DNA of 64,000 nt from Eledone cirrhosa (Eukaryota). A model generated the notes under the pieces. It searched no databases and had not been told where the DNA came from. It saw only the letters and a program-made list of their open reading frames with translations. A program made the position numbers and the translations under genes. Location: contig OZ024743.1 in NCBI GenBank assembly GCA_964016885.1, positions 77,872,001 to 77,936,000 on the forward strand, written 5' to 3'. Numbering within the stretch: position 1 is the first letter of the stretch; every line of letters starts with the position of its first letter. Below are positions 49,031 through 60,640 of the stretch, piece by piece.

Positions 49031-49956
49031 TATACATAAATATATACAAATATATATATACACATATGTGCATATATATATATATATGCATATATATATA
49101 TATATATACATACACACACATATATATGTATGTATATTTAGCATTTTATCATATTTACCTTATTATATGTGGCATATTTAGGTGGTAGCTGCATTATCGA
49201 TAATTCATCAGAGTCGACTGTAGTGTTGCCGTATATATTTGTGTTGTTGTTGTTGAATTCATCTGTTAATGAGATGTCGGCCATGTTTATACCATCAATC
49301 TTGTCTGGATATTTATCTCTATTCTCTGAAGTTTCTTGATTTAGTTTCATCTGTTTGAGCCACCTTAATATTTGTTAAAGTGTTTGTCACATTCTTGAAC
49401 AATGTACTTTTCTTCGAGACATATAAGGTTTACATATATTCATTTTTCTCTTGGTGTGGTGATCTTAGTTATTTCTTGTATTAGGTTACGCTTATGTTTT
49501 TCTTGATGACTTAATTCTGTGTAAATCTTCTTTTTTATGTTTAGAATTAGTGTTCGTTTTAGCCTATCTGCTTGCTTTTGGGTAAGTTGTAATCTTCTTA
49601 CATCAGTGTTGATGGTGCTGGTGTAAACTCGGGACGAGGCACATTCTTTTATGAAGTGTAGTTGTCGAGATGTTATTGTTTTTCGTAGACAACAGAACAT
49701 GGTGGTTTTCAGTATCTTGTTAGCCTGGCTAAGGCTTACGATATTTCGTTTCTGAATTTGTTTAGCAAGATTCTTTATCTGAAAACGTGTGTTGAAATCG
49801 ATATTGTTATGCTTTGGGAGGGTCATGTTGCCAATAAGAAACACACGCACCAGTTGCTTTCACTCCAATTTATTATAAATTAAATTTATAAATTTAAGAA
49901 ATTATAAATTTCCGGTTGGTTGGTTGGTTCCATAACTGGACGGTTGTTCATATATT

Positions 49957-49999
49957 GTCAAAGTTCTTTCGTCACCCATTCTGTGACCTCTTCAGTGAC
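49957..49999 (-). ncRNA. Minimal type I hammerhead, downstream terminal repeat
   Basis: Minus strand GTCA-CTGAAGA-G-GTCAC-AGAATGG-GTGAC-GAAA-GAAC-TT-TGAC. Confidence 0.83.
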
Positions 50000-51098
50000 T
50001 GGGGATTCTTTTCTTTGTGTTGTGCCTCTCCTTTGTTCTGTCCTACGCCATCTTGTTTTTGTGTGTGTTGTGTGCTTAGTTTGCGCATGTGTTACATCCG
50101 GGTGTCCGTGTGTGTTTTTATTTGTTTATTTACATGTTACTGGTTGGTTGTTTGTTCTATGTGTGTGTGTGTGTGTGTTTTCATTTTCTCCTTAATTGTA
50201 AGTTGTGATGTTGCTATTCCATTCATGTTTTCTATTTAATTTTGGTTGGAGTTCATTTATTTTTATTGCCTCTGTGATTTGTCTAAACATTGCGTCTTTT
50301 CTGTGTGTAGATTCTATTTTTATTTCTATGTTCTCTAATTTGCCCTTATGTTCTATTTTAGCATGTTCGTGGAGTATTGATGATTCTTTTTTAGCTTGAA
50401 GTTCTCGCCAGTGTTCATTTAACCGATCTCCTATACTACGAGCTGTCTCACATATGTACACTATATTCTTATCTTTACATTGTCCTTCAGTATATCTTAT
50501 GCTATATACTACATTTCTAGTTTTACAGTTTATGCATTTCTTATCTATACAGTCTTTGAAAAGGGTATGTATTGCTAATAAGTGTTTTTATGGAGGTACC
50601 TGGTCTTTCTACTATCTTAATATTAAGTTTATGTTTATCTAGGGCCCTTCTAAATTTGTAAGCTAATTCCCCTCTAGGGGTTGTATTGATGAACATTACA
50701 CTCTGGTATTTATTGCTATCATACCATGAGTTTATTCTATTAACCTTATTCCTAGTTCTTTCTATTCTATTCCAAAATTTGCTCCTATACAAGGGGCAGG
50801 TCCCATTTGTATCATTATTTACCATTTTTTTCCATTTTGCTCTGGCTCCTCTATATACTCTGATTTTATCTCTCTGATTGTAACCAGAGAACTACATACG
50901 GTGGATGAAGTGTTGTATGCGTCTCTCTAGTTCTTCGGGGTTGCACATGCTGGACACGTTTCTCATCACCCGTACCAAATCCGCAATCAGTATGTTGATT
51001 TTGGTGTGATCCGAAAAAACTGAGTTTCGGTGGATCAGATATTTGGAAGTCATGTGTTTGGCATAATGGGAATGGAGGATTTGTTTTTTGTTATTAAT

Positions 51099-51283
51099 TG
51101 TTTCTACTTTAGGCACTAGGCCAGCAATTACCCAGTACATTACTGGTACTTTATTTTATCGACCCCGTAAGGATGAAAGGCAAAGTTAACCTCGGCGGGA
51201 TTTGAACTCAGACTGTAAAGGGACGCAACTATGCTAGAAAGCATGACGTCCAACCCTCTACCAATACTGCCAATTCACCGCCC
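51099..51283 (-). mobile_element. tRNA-derived SINE inserted in the PLE ORF, 15-bp TSD
   Basis: TSD TTTTTTGTTATTAAT at 51084-51098 and 51284-51298. Same family as 21594-21780. Confidence 0.93.
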
Positions 51284-54134
51284 TTTTTTGTTATTAATGG
51301 TCTCTAACCAGAGCTCTGTGTCTAGTACAGGTAATCGATGGTTGGGGTGTTTGCTTGGGTAGTCTATAGTAACTCTAATACTCTGGTGGATGGAGTTAGC
51401 TATTTGCTGTATTCTTTCCATGGTGTTTTTCTCTAATTCCTGACTGTTCTCTAGTGGGGGTGTTTTTAGTACGATGTTTCTATCATCAACGTAGCGGGAG
51501 TACATTATCAGGGTTAAGAGGTTGCTGTCTTCTAATTGTTCTTTAAGTTTAAGTTTATTGTCCCACCATACCATGAATAGGTTAGCTATGTCACCTGCAA
51601 TGCTAACTGGCTGCTCCCTCCTCTTGGGCATATGTTTTTCCATTAAATTTGAACATATGTTCCTTAAGGGTTAATTTTATACTGGCCCCTACCGCATGTG
51701 CAATCATTTTCTTTAGCTCATCGTGGTTTTCGGGGGTCCGTATGGCTCTGGTCCACCCGTTCCATCTTTCTGTGTAGGTTTTCTTGGCCATTGAGGTAAT
51801 GGTAGGTGGTCTGCCTCTTGCTGGTCTTGTAGGGCACAGGTTGCCAAGGTCATATGTATCTAGATAATCATTACTATAGGTAAGTTTAAGTAGGAGTTCC
51901 AGCTCACTGGTATCAATCCCACAGAATTCAACATTGCTCTCACTGATCATTTCTACGCATTTCTCCACAGCAAAATCCACGTCAATGGATGGATATAGGG
52001 ACACAACATCCATACTACCTATTATACAGTTTGTTAGGTCCCTAGATCGGTTATTTTCGCTGATTCTGCTGAGGAGGTCCTCCGTGCTGTCACATATATC
52101 TGGGGACATTTCAATGATGGGGCGTATGATCAGGGAGAGGAAGTAGGAAAGTCTGTAGTTACTAGCAATGTTAGCTCCACAGACTGGCCGTGTTGGTGGT
52201 CCTGTGACAGGGTCACTGCTCCTTTTATGGTCTTTTCGAAGCCCATAAAACGCTGGCACGTCATTGTTCCAGGCCTGGACTGGAAGTTGTTGGCAATCCT
52301 TTTATTGGGCTGCATTATGTTTGTCCACATCTTCATATGGGCATTGAGGGTTATCTCCCTATCCTCGTGCTCTTGTGGTGTTACTTCTCTTGTGTTAGTG
52401 ATGTGGGTTGCATTGCCTGGATGTAGTTTGATAGACTGTCAACCGACATTCTGCCAGACTTGTCTGTTGGAAAGCATGCAATCTCTCTATTACGCGAGCG
52501 CTGCATCAACTTATGCAAGCCATTTGCAGATTTTTCTCCCAGTCTATTTTGCTTCTTGCTATACTGTTCTATAATATTTCTAAGTTTAGGTCTAGCTATA
52601 CTAAATTGTGCTTCTGTTTGTTCATCGACCTGCGACGGCAATTGCGTACGTTTGTTAAAAGCTAAAGTCGTGGCGTGGACTCGTCGTAGGTCGAAGGACA
52701 TATCGGAAGGATTATAAAAAGTAGAATTCCAGGCTGTTGCTTTATGTGTATTATTGCTTTTGTTATTGTTAGTTGTGTTGTTTCTATTTCTATTTCCACC
52801 AATAGCCTCATGGTTGATTCTGTCTCTCATTATTACTCCTGTCTCTTTCCTCTGGCTCATTGTTATTATCTACTCTATTTTGTGTCTGTGTGTTCGTCCT
52901 GGTTATTTTCTCTGTCTGTATCGATAGTCTCCCTTTTCCTTTCAATCCCATTAACTTCCCTTACTTCTGTGTTACTGTCATTACCTGTTTTCTGTGTCTG
53001 TGTGTTTGTTAAGATTGTGGTGGTGGTGAGAGGCATAGAATGTGTGTGTGTTGTTGTTGATGTGTGGTGTGTTGTTGTTTTTGTTGTCTCCGTGTATGTT
53101 ATTATTGTTGTGTGTGTTGTTGTTATTGTTGTTTGTGTCTGTGTGTCTGTTGTTGTTGTCTCTGAGTATGTTATTATTGTTGATGTGTGTGTTGTTGTTA
53201 TCGTTGTTTGTGTCTGTGTGTCTATTGTTGTTGGGATGTGTGTTGTATGTGTGTGTGTGTGCGTATGTTGTTACTTTTGTTTTTGAGGCTCCAACGTAAT
53301 TTTGTAAATGATTTTTCTATTTTTGACAAGCATTTTATCATATTTACCTTATTATATGTGGCATATTTAGGTGGTAGCTCCATTATCGATAATTCATCAG
53401 AGTCGACTGTAGTGTTGCCGTATATATTTGTGTTGTTGTTGTTGAATTCATCTGTTAATGAGATGTCGGCCATGTTTATACCATCAATCTTGTCTCGATA
53501 TTTATCTCTATTCTCTGAAGTTTCTTGGTTTAGTTTCATCTGTTTGAGCCACCTTAATTTCTTGTTAAAGTGTTTGTCACATTCTTGAACAATGTACTTT
53601 TCTTCGAGACATATAAGGTTTATATATATTCATTTTTCTCTTGGTATGGTGATCTTAGTTATTTGTATTAGGTTACGCTTATTTATATTAGGTGACGTTT
53701 ATGTTTTTCTTGATGACTTAATTCTGTGTAAATCTTCTTTTTTATGTTTAGAATTAGTGTTCGTTTTAGTCTATCTGCTTGCTTTTGGGTAAGTTGTAAT
53801 CTTCTTACATCAGTGTTGATGGTGCTGGTGTAAACTCGGGACGAGGCACATTCTTTTATGAAGTGTAGTTGTCGAGATGTTATTGTTTTTCGTAGACAAC
53901 AGAACATGGTGGTTTTCAGTATCTTGTTAGCCTGGCTAAGGCTTACGATATTTCGTTTCTGAATTTGTTTAGCAAGATTCTTTATCTGAAAACGTGTGTT
54001 GAAACCGATATTGTTATGCTTTGGGAGGGTCATGTTGCCAATAAGAAACACATGCACCAGTTGCTTTCACTCCAATTTATTATAAATTTCCGGTTGGTTG
54101 GTTGGTTCCATAACCGGACGGTTGTTCATATATC

Positions 54135-54177
54135 GTCAAAGTTCTTTCGTCACACATTCTGTGACCTCTTCAGTGAC
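54135..54177 (-). ncRNA. Minimal type I hammerhead, upstream terminal repeat
   Basis: Minus strand GTCA-CTGAAGA-G-GTCACA-GAATG-TGTGAC-GAAA-GAAC-TT-TGAC. Confidence 0.85.
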
Positions 54178-55024
54178 TGGGGATTCTTTTCTTTGTTTTG
54201 TGCCTCTCCTTTGTTCTGTCCTACGCCATCTTGTTTTTGTGTGTGTTGTGTGCTTAGTTTGCGCATGTGTTACATCCGGGTGTCTGTGTGTGTTTTTATT
54301 TGTTTATTTACATGTTACTGGTTGGTTGTTTGTTCTATGTGTGTGTGTGTTTTCATTTTGCATTATTTTTACTGGCCCTTTACATTTGGAGTTCAAATCC
54401 CACCGATGTAAATGTTGCCTTTCATCCTTCCAGGATCGATAAAATATACATATATATATACATACATATTTATATGCATTTATGTGTGTATACATATTTA
54501 TATGCATTTATGTGTATATACACATATATGTAGATAAATGTATATATATATATATATGTCTGTGTGTGTGTGTATATATATGTGTATATATATATATGTG
54601 TGTGTGTGTATGTATGGATATATAAACAGATCTGTATATATACTTAACTATATGAGCATAGATCTTATGCTGATATATATACACATTTCTACAGAATTAA
54701 CCAATGTCCAAAATATTCAGAATTATTGTTTACCAGCATTTTCATCTTCATCATTGTCAGGACTTATTCTTATTATAATTTGAATTTTTATTATTATATT
54801 TATTATTATTATGATTATTATTGTTGTTATTATATTTTGACAGAATTGGTAGAGCGTCTGATAAAATGCCATTGTGGTATTTGTACTGGCCCTTTACATA
54901 TGGAGTTCAAATCCCACCGATGTAAATTTTGCTTTTCATCCTTCCAGGATCGATAAAATATAATACCAGTTAAATACTGTGGTCAACATTATTGACTTTC
55001 CACTTCTCCCAAATTACTGGCCTT

Positions 55025-55420
55025 AGCGGGAAGTGTTGCCTTCCAGCCAGTTTGTTGAAAGGTGGGTGAGAGAGGCAAGAATGACCCGTGTGAATGGACC
55101 TGCCCTGAGCGTATGCCTGTAGTATCGTAGGAGGAAAACTGGAAGAGGGCGCTTGCCCTAGCGGTCAGGGTAACGGTGGCTTTTTTGTGGGCTTTCTCCA
55201 CGAGTGACCCTCGGAAGTCTCCCCCTCCCCTAATGGGGAATTTTTCCTTGTTTCATTTTTATGCATATTTTGTTTTTGATTTTTTTTTTACACGCAGAAA
55301 TGCCCATTTGTACCGTCTTGTATTGTCCTGTGCTGTCCTTAATGTTATACTTTATGTCAACCCTTGTGGTTAATAAAGAAAGCATTATTATTATTATTAT
55401 TACTATCATTATTATTATCT
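55025..55420 (+). mobile_element. Tx1/L1-type 3' end with (ATT)n tail
   Basis: REVLPSSQFVERWVREARMTRVNGPALSVCL*, and 3' CCCTTGTGGTTAATAAAGAAA, parallel the end of the 33720-35431 element. Confidence 0.75.
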
Positions 55421-58118
55421 TCATAAAGATTATTGACAAATCAGTAAAAATCGGTAAAGGAGCAAACTAAATACCTTGTGGCATGAATTTACACACATGT
55501 ATGTGTATTTGTGTGAAGGTTGGTTTCAGGTTTTTGGTATCAAAAAGGTTTAACCTGTTAGCATTTAAACAGGCTGTATCTGGTCAGAATTTTCACATCT
55601 CTTTCTGTTCAAACCAGCTGTAACAGGCCACTCATACAAATTTTAAGGTATTGGTTTCAAAATAAATAATATCAAAATCTCATAGATTTGATATAATGTG
55701 AGGTAAAGCTTTTACCGTGAAAATATAATGGTAAATATAGAGTAATGTAAATGGGTTAATGTGAAAAATATAAACAATGGAAGATTTGCAAAGACGTTAA
55801 GTTGAAGAATAAGTGGAATTGGTAAAGTGTAAGGCAATGATGAAAGTGATGTAAGACTATTAGTATGGAAGAAGTGAAGGAAATGTGGTAAAAGTGATGT
55901 AAGTTTATTTCTTTATAGAATTCTGCTTATTATCATTATCATTTATTTTTAACAATTAAAGAAAAATTATTGAAATAAAACATCTGTAGAAATTTTGCCC
56001 TTTGAAAAGCAGTGCCCTAGCATGATCATAGCTATGATGGCTTAAATGAAACAAGAAAGAAAGAAACTTAATACTTATTGCAAAATATTTTTTTTTTATT
56101 ATTATTCTTTTAATTTTTTTGTTCTGGCGTTAAATTTTGGATATTCTTTGAAAAACAATGATTAAAACATGGTGAAGACATTTCCAAACCTTTTTTTTTT
56201 TACAATTCTGAACAAGAAGAAGAAAAGTAATTTGCATGGAATGTGATTTTATTGAAACAGACGAAAACTGTCCAAGAAAACTGTCCTTTTTACCTTCAAA
56301 ATATACAAAAAAAAATTTTTTAAATAAAATGCTTTTTCATCCTTTTTTTTCTAAATAAATGAAAATATTAATCTTACAATGTGTTTTTCAGTTTTACTTT
56401 AAATTCTCTCTTGTCTAAAATTTACTTTAAGATTTAGATTTTCAGTAAATAGATGGCAAATCAGAGGATTTTAGTCACCACTGCATCTAATAATCAATAT
56501 CATAGCCTTTTTGTTCAAGTATAACACTGTGTGTATGTATAAATCCTTAACCTCTAATAGAATCTTGGGCATTTTGAACCTGGTGGAGCGCCTCCCTCTC
56601 CAGGTTCTGAATGCAGCCAATTTCTTCCAGAGAAGAAGAAGAAGAAAGAAAGAGAGATAAAAGGGATGAAGATGAGAATGACATGTAGAGGAAGAATCGA
56701 CTCCAGTACTGGATTGGTATTTTTTCTTTTAATCAATCTTGAAAGGATGAGTGGAGGAATTTACCTCAGTGTATATAGAAGCTGACTTCACAATGCTGAT
56801 GTAATATTAGTATTTTGTACATTTTTTTTACTAAGCACTGGGCCACTTCTTTTGTAGGAGAAAAAACAATTAACTGATAATAACTAAATAAGTCTATCAA
56901 CTTTAGAAAACTGAACAGGGGCAACTCCAATAAAATTTGATCTTGAAACATACAGATTTAATTAATCATTATAAGACAGATGCTCAACCATTATTACTAT
57001 GCCGAGGTTGACTTTGCCTTTCATCCTTACGGGGTCGATAAAATAAAGTACCAGTAATACACTGGGTAATTGCTGGCCTTGTGCCAAAAGTAGAAACAAT
57101 TATTACTCTGCTTTGACACATAGAGTTACGGCCCTTGCTATTCTGAGTTCAAATCCCGCTGAGGTTAACTTTGCTTTTCATCCTTACGGGGTTGATAAAA
57201 TAAAGTACCAGTAATGCACTGGGTAATTGCTGGCCTTGTGCCAAAAGTAGAAACAATTATTACTATGTCAGTGTTTTTTGAATTATAAAATATGTTGGAT
57301 CTCCACCAACTTTGATGATGGATGCTCCAGGTGCTATAGCTAGACACTTCTACTGCAGTTGCTTCATAAGGAAGATGGTCTCCTAATCAATATATATACT
57401 CACACATACATACACACACACATATATATATATATATGAAGGATGTCTGCTCCATACAAAGCTTGACCACTTCTTGCACTTTATGTCTGTTCCCTTCTGA
57501 CATGAGATCTCAAATAGCTTTTGAGTCCTGAAAGCCTGTGAAAGACCCATCCACAAACCATACAATGATGTCTCATTTCATTCATGTTTCCACTTTGGGT
57601 GTGCTTATTGTGTATGTTCAAATGTCGCTTCAATATATATATATATATATATATGTAGATAAATCTACCAAGAGTTTACGGTAGTGTCCAATCCGTATGA
57701 AGAACTCAATGTAATCCGGATATCATGGAAAGAAGAGATGCAATGAAAAATCACTTTCGGTGAAAGATAAACGGAATACAGAGTCAAGATAAAATATTAA
57801 AAAAATAATGAATAAAACACATATATATCCTAGAAACGATCGTTAAATAATGAACTTTTTTTGTTTAATATAAGGAACTGTTTCATTGTTTTATTCATTA
57901 TTTTTTTAATATTTTATATATATATATATATATATACTGATTAGGGATTGAATTAATTTATATGAGATGCAGTTATATATATATATATATTCTATTATAA
58001 GTTGAGCCAACTTATGCAGCTTCATATGTAAATGAGATTAATCACCTCATTTACACAGACGAGAAAACTATATATTCTTGACTGCTTTCAAGTCCAACAT
58101 TCGCAAACGGTGGGAGGG

Positions 58119-58162
58119 ACCATCCTGAAGAAGGCCAGTCAAGCCTGAAATGCATAGATGGT
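58119..58162 (+). ncRNA. Canonical minimal type I hammerhead ribozyme in a ~245-bp insert between TA tracts
   Basis: ACCATC-CTGAAGA-AGGC-CAGTCAA-GCCT-GAAA-TGCA-TA-GATGGT. Perfect stems I and II, palindromic stem III ATGCAT, AUA triplet. Confidence 0.9.
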
Positions 58163-58254
58163 TGTCCCCCTTCCTTCTGCTGGACACCACCAGAGGGTGT
58201 TAGCCCCGGTGTTTCTTTAGAAATACAAAATTTCTATACATATATATATATATA

Positions 58255-58510
58255 TCATCATTTTACGTCCGCTTTTCCCTGCTTGGAAGGGTTGGATGGG
58301 TCCTATTCAGCACAGCATCTCTTCACTTGTCATCTCCTCGGTGAATTTCAGCAATCTGAGGTCTGCTCTCACCACCTCCGCCCATGTTTTTTGTGGTCTA
58401 CCTCTACTGCGTCTTCCTTCTACGGGGATTTCTTGGCACTTCTTTACTCAGCGCTCATCCTCCATGCGCATCACATGTCCATACCCTCTCAGCCTTCTCT
58501 CCTGCACACC
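58255..58510 (-). mobile_element. RTE LINE 3' end, same subfamily as 24545-25016
   Basis: Colinear with 24553-24815. Confidence 0.85.
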
Positions 58511-58921
58511 AACAGGGGAACAAGCATTCACTTCATGAACATCGTGTTTGTCCGTACCCTTGTCACATCAATTTTGGATTACCTCCTCCTGATTGTAACT
58601 TTATTATGTAAGAAGCTGTCTGATAAGATCAATGGCACTGGGTACTACGCAGAATCACGTGGCCACTGTCGTCATCAAAATATGCATTACTCCCTTATCA
58701 ATAAAGGACTTTGACATCTAAACTACTTTGTATTTCCTTATTCTCTCTCTCTCTATATCTATATATAAATAAAAGTTATCAAGGAAAAAGCACAGGAGAA
58801 AAATACTTTACAATGATGATGGATATTAGTTTAATGCTTGATATAGGAAAAGAGTCAATGTTTTGGACATTAGTCTTTCATTGGAGGATAAAATGAAAGA
58901 GGGAAAAAGAAATATGATAGA

Positions 58922-60152
58922 GTGACTATTGTGAACACAAAGTCCCTCCATATTGGAGAATGCACCTTCCAACATAACTTAGTAGTTAGCAACCTTATAG
59001 TCTGGGCTAGAAGAAACCGGCAACAGGAGTCATCCTGGAGGAGAAGAATATGGAAGCTAAAAGACCCATCAACCAGTAACAAATTTAAAAGTATGTTGAG
59101 TGACACTTTCCACAGTAAGGAAGAGCAAATAGAGACACACAATGTAGAGGAGCAGTAGGAGTTCCTGAAAGATAACCTACTGAAGATGACAAATGAAATA
59201 TGCAGTTGGAAAAGGTCTCTCGGAGGAAGGAGAATGACTTGGTGGTGGAACAGTAAGGTAGATGAGACAATTAAGGCCAAAAGACAGGCTTGGAAGCAAT
59301 GGTAAAATGGTGGTAGTAGAGAAGTCTATCAGAATGTTAGGAGAGAAGCTAGGTGACAAGTATACATTGCAAGAAGGGAAGCGGAAAACAAAAATTTTTA
59401 AGCATGTTTTGCAGTGTGAGGATCAAAGGCATGAGGTATTCAGGATCGCAAGGCAGTGTGTCATGGAAAATTGTGATGTTGGTGGGGAGAAATGATTATG
59501 GTGAACTTGCCCTCACTGACATTGAAAAGAAAGTAGCATGGATGTGCCACTATGAAAGATTACTGAATGAGGAGAATGCATGGATTGAAAATAGTTTGCC
59601 CCACAATGATCCAACAGAGGGACTGGCTGTACAAGTCAGCAGTAGTATAGTAAGTAAGGTAGTCAAGGATATGAAAACAGGTAAGGCAGCTGGAGCCTCA
59701 GGGATAATTGCCGAGATACTGAAAGCATCAGGAATGATGGGTCTCACCAGTCACTCGCATTGTAAACAAGGTAATACAAAACAGTGCCATAGCCAATGAC
59801 TGGTATAGCAGCATCATCGTCACTAGCTACAAGGGAAAAGGAGATGCTCTAGACAGAGAAAACTATAGAGGCATCAATTTGGTTGACCAGGTTATGAAGG
59901 TCACAGAAAGAGTTATAGCACAGTTGATTAGGGAACGAGTTAACTTAGATGGGATGCAGTTTGGATTTGTGCCAGATCAAACTACCACAGATGCAGTCTC
60001 ACTTGTTAGGCAACTGCAAGAGAAATACCTAGCTAAAGGTAAATCACCCTACTTGGCTTTTGTGGACCTGGAGAAAGCTTTTGACAGAGACCCTCGTTCC
60101 ATTATCTGGTGGGTTCTCAGAAAACTAGGAGTAGACAAGTGGCTTGTGAGGG
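58922..60152 (+). mobile_element. RTE LINE internal fragment, decayed (deleted paralog at 47450-47670)
   Basis: Colinear with 42780-43980: MKTGKAAGASGI, QFGFVP, LQEKYLAK, AFVDLEKAFDR. Confidence 0.9.
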
Positions 60153-60182
60153 CAGAAATCATATGTGTGTGTGTGTTTGAGA

Positions 60183-60227
<45 letters not shown>

Positions 60228-60640
60228 TGTGTATGCATGTGTATCTGGGCGGTCAGGGTGTATAATTATGGATGGTTTTCCAAATAAGATTGGAAAAAAA
60301 AACATGTACACTCACAATTAAATAAGGTACTCAAGATGTTAGTAGAAAAAAAAACATTTATTTCATATAGAAATGACTTCTACAGTCGTTTTTGGTGATA
60401 TATATATATATATATATATATTCAATATAGAAATGGCTTCTACAGGTCTAGAACTGTTTCATTCGGGAGAAATCTTCTGCTATGTATTGAGTACTTTACT
60501 TACTGTGGTTACCTCCGATTGAACCCGGGATAAACTTATATATATATATATATGCAGAGGATATATTTAATTTGTTGGGATTCAACAAGCTTAACAATTT
60601 TTATAACTGATATAAAGCACTCAACAGTTTAGTGGAGTAA

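Larger units (their letters stand above)
49140..54358 (-). mobile_element. Apparently full-length Penelope-like element (Naiad-like) in partial tandem: terminal repeat - ORF - terminal repeat - ORF start; frameshifted
   Basis: 53330-54358 is repeated at 49140-50188. ORF pieces 54057, 53539, 52860, 52336, 52259, 51643, 51140, 50825 and 50461 give PTDKSGR, FYGLRKDHK, PTRPVCGA, SMDVVSLYPSI, YSRYVDD and YICETARSIGDRLNEH. Confidence 0.93.

Noticed and set aside
57830-60460. Hammerhead 3' halves GAAACGATCGTTA (57833) and minus-strand GAAACAGTTCTA (~60440)
   Set aside because: There is no matching CUGANGA half, so they are not called as ribozymes.
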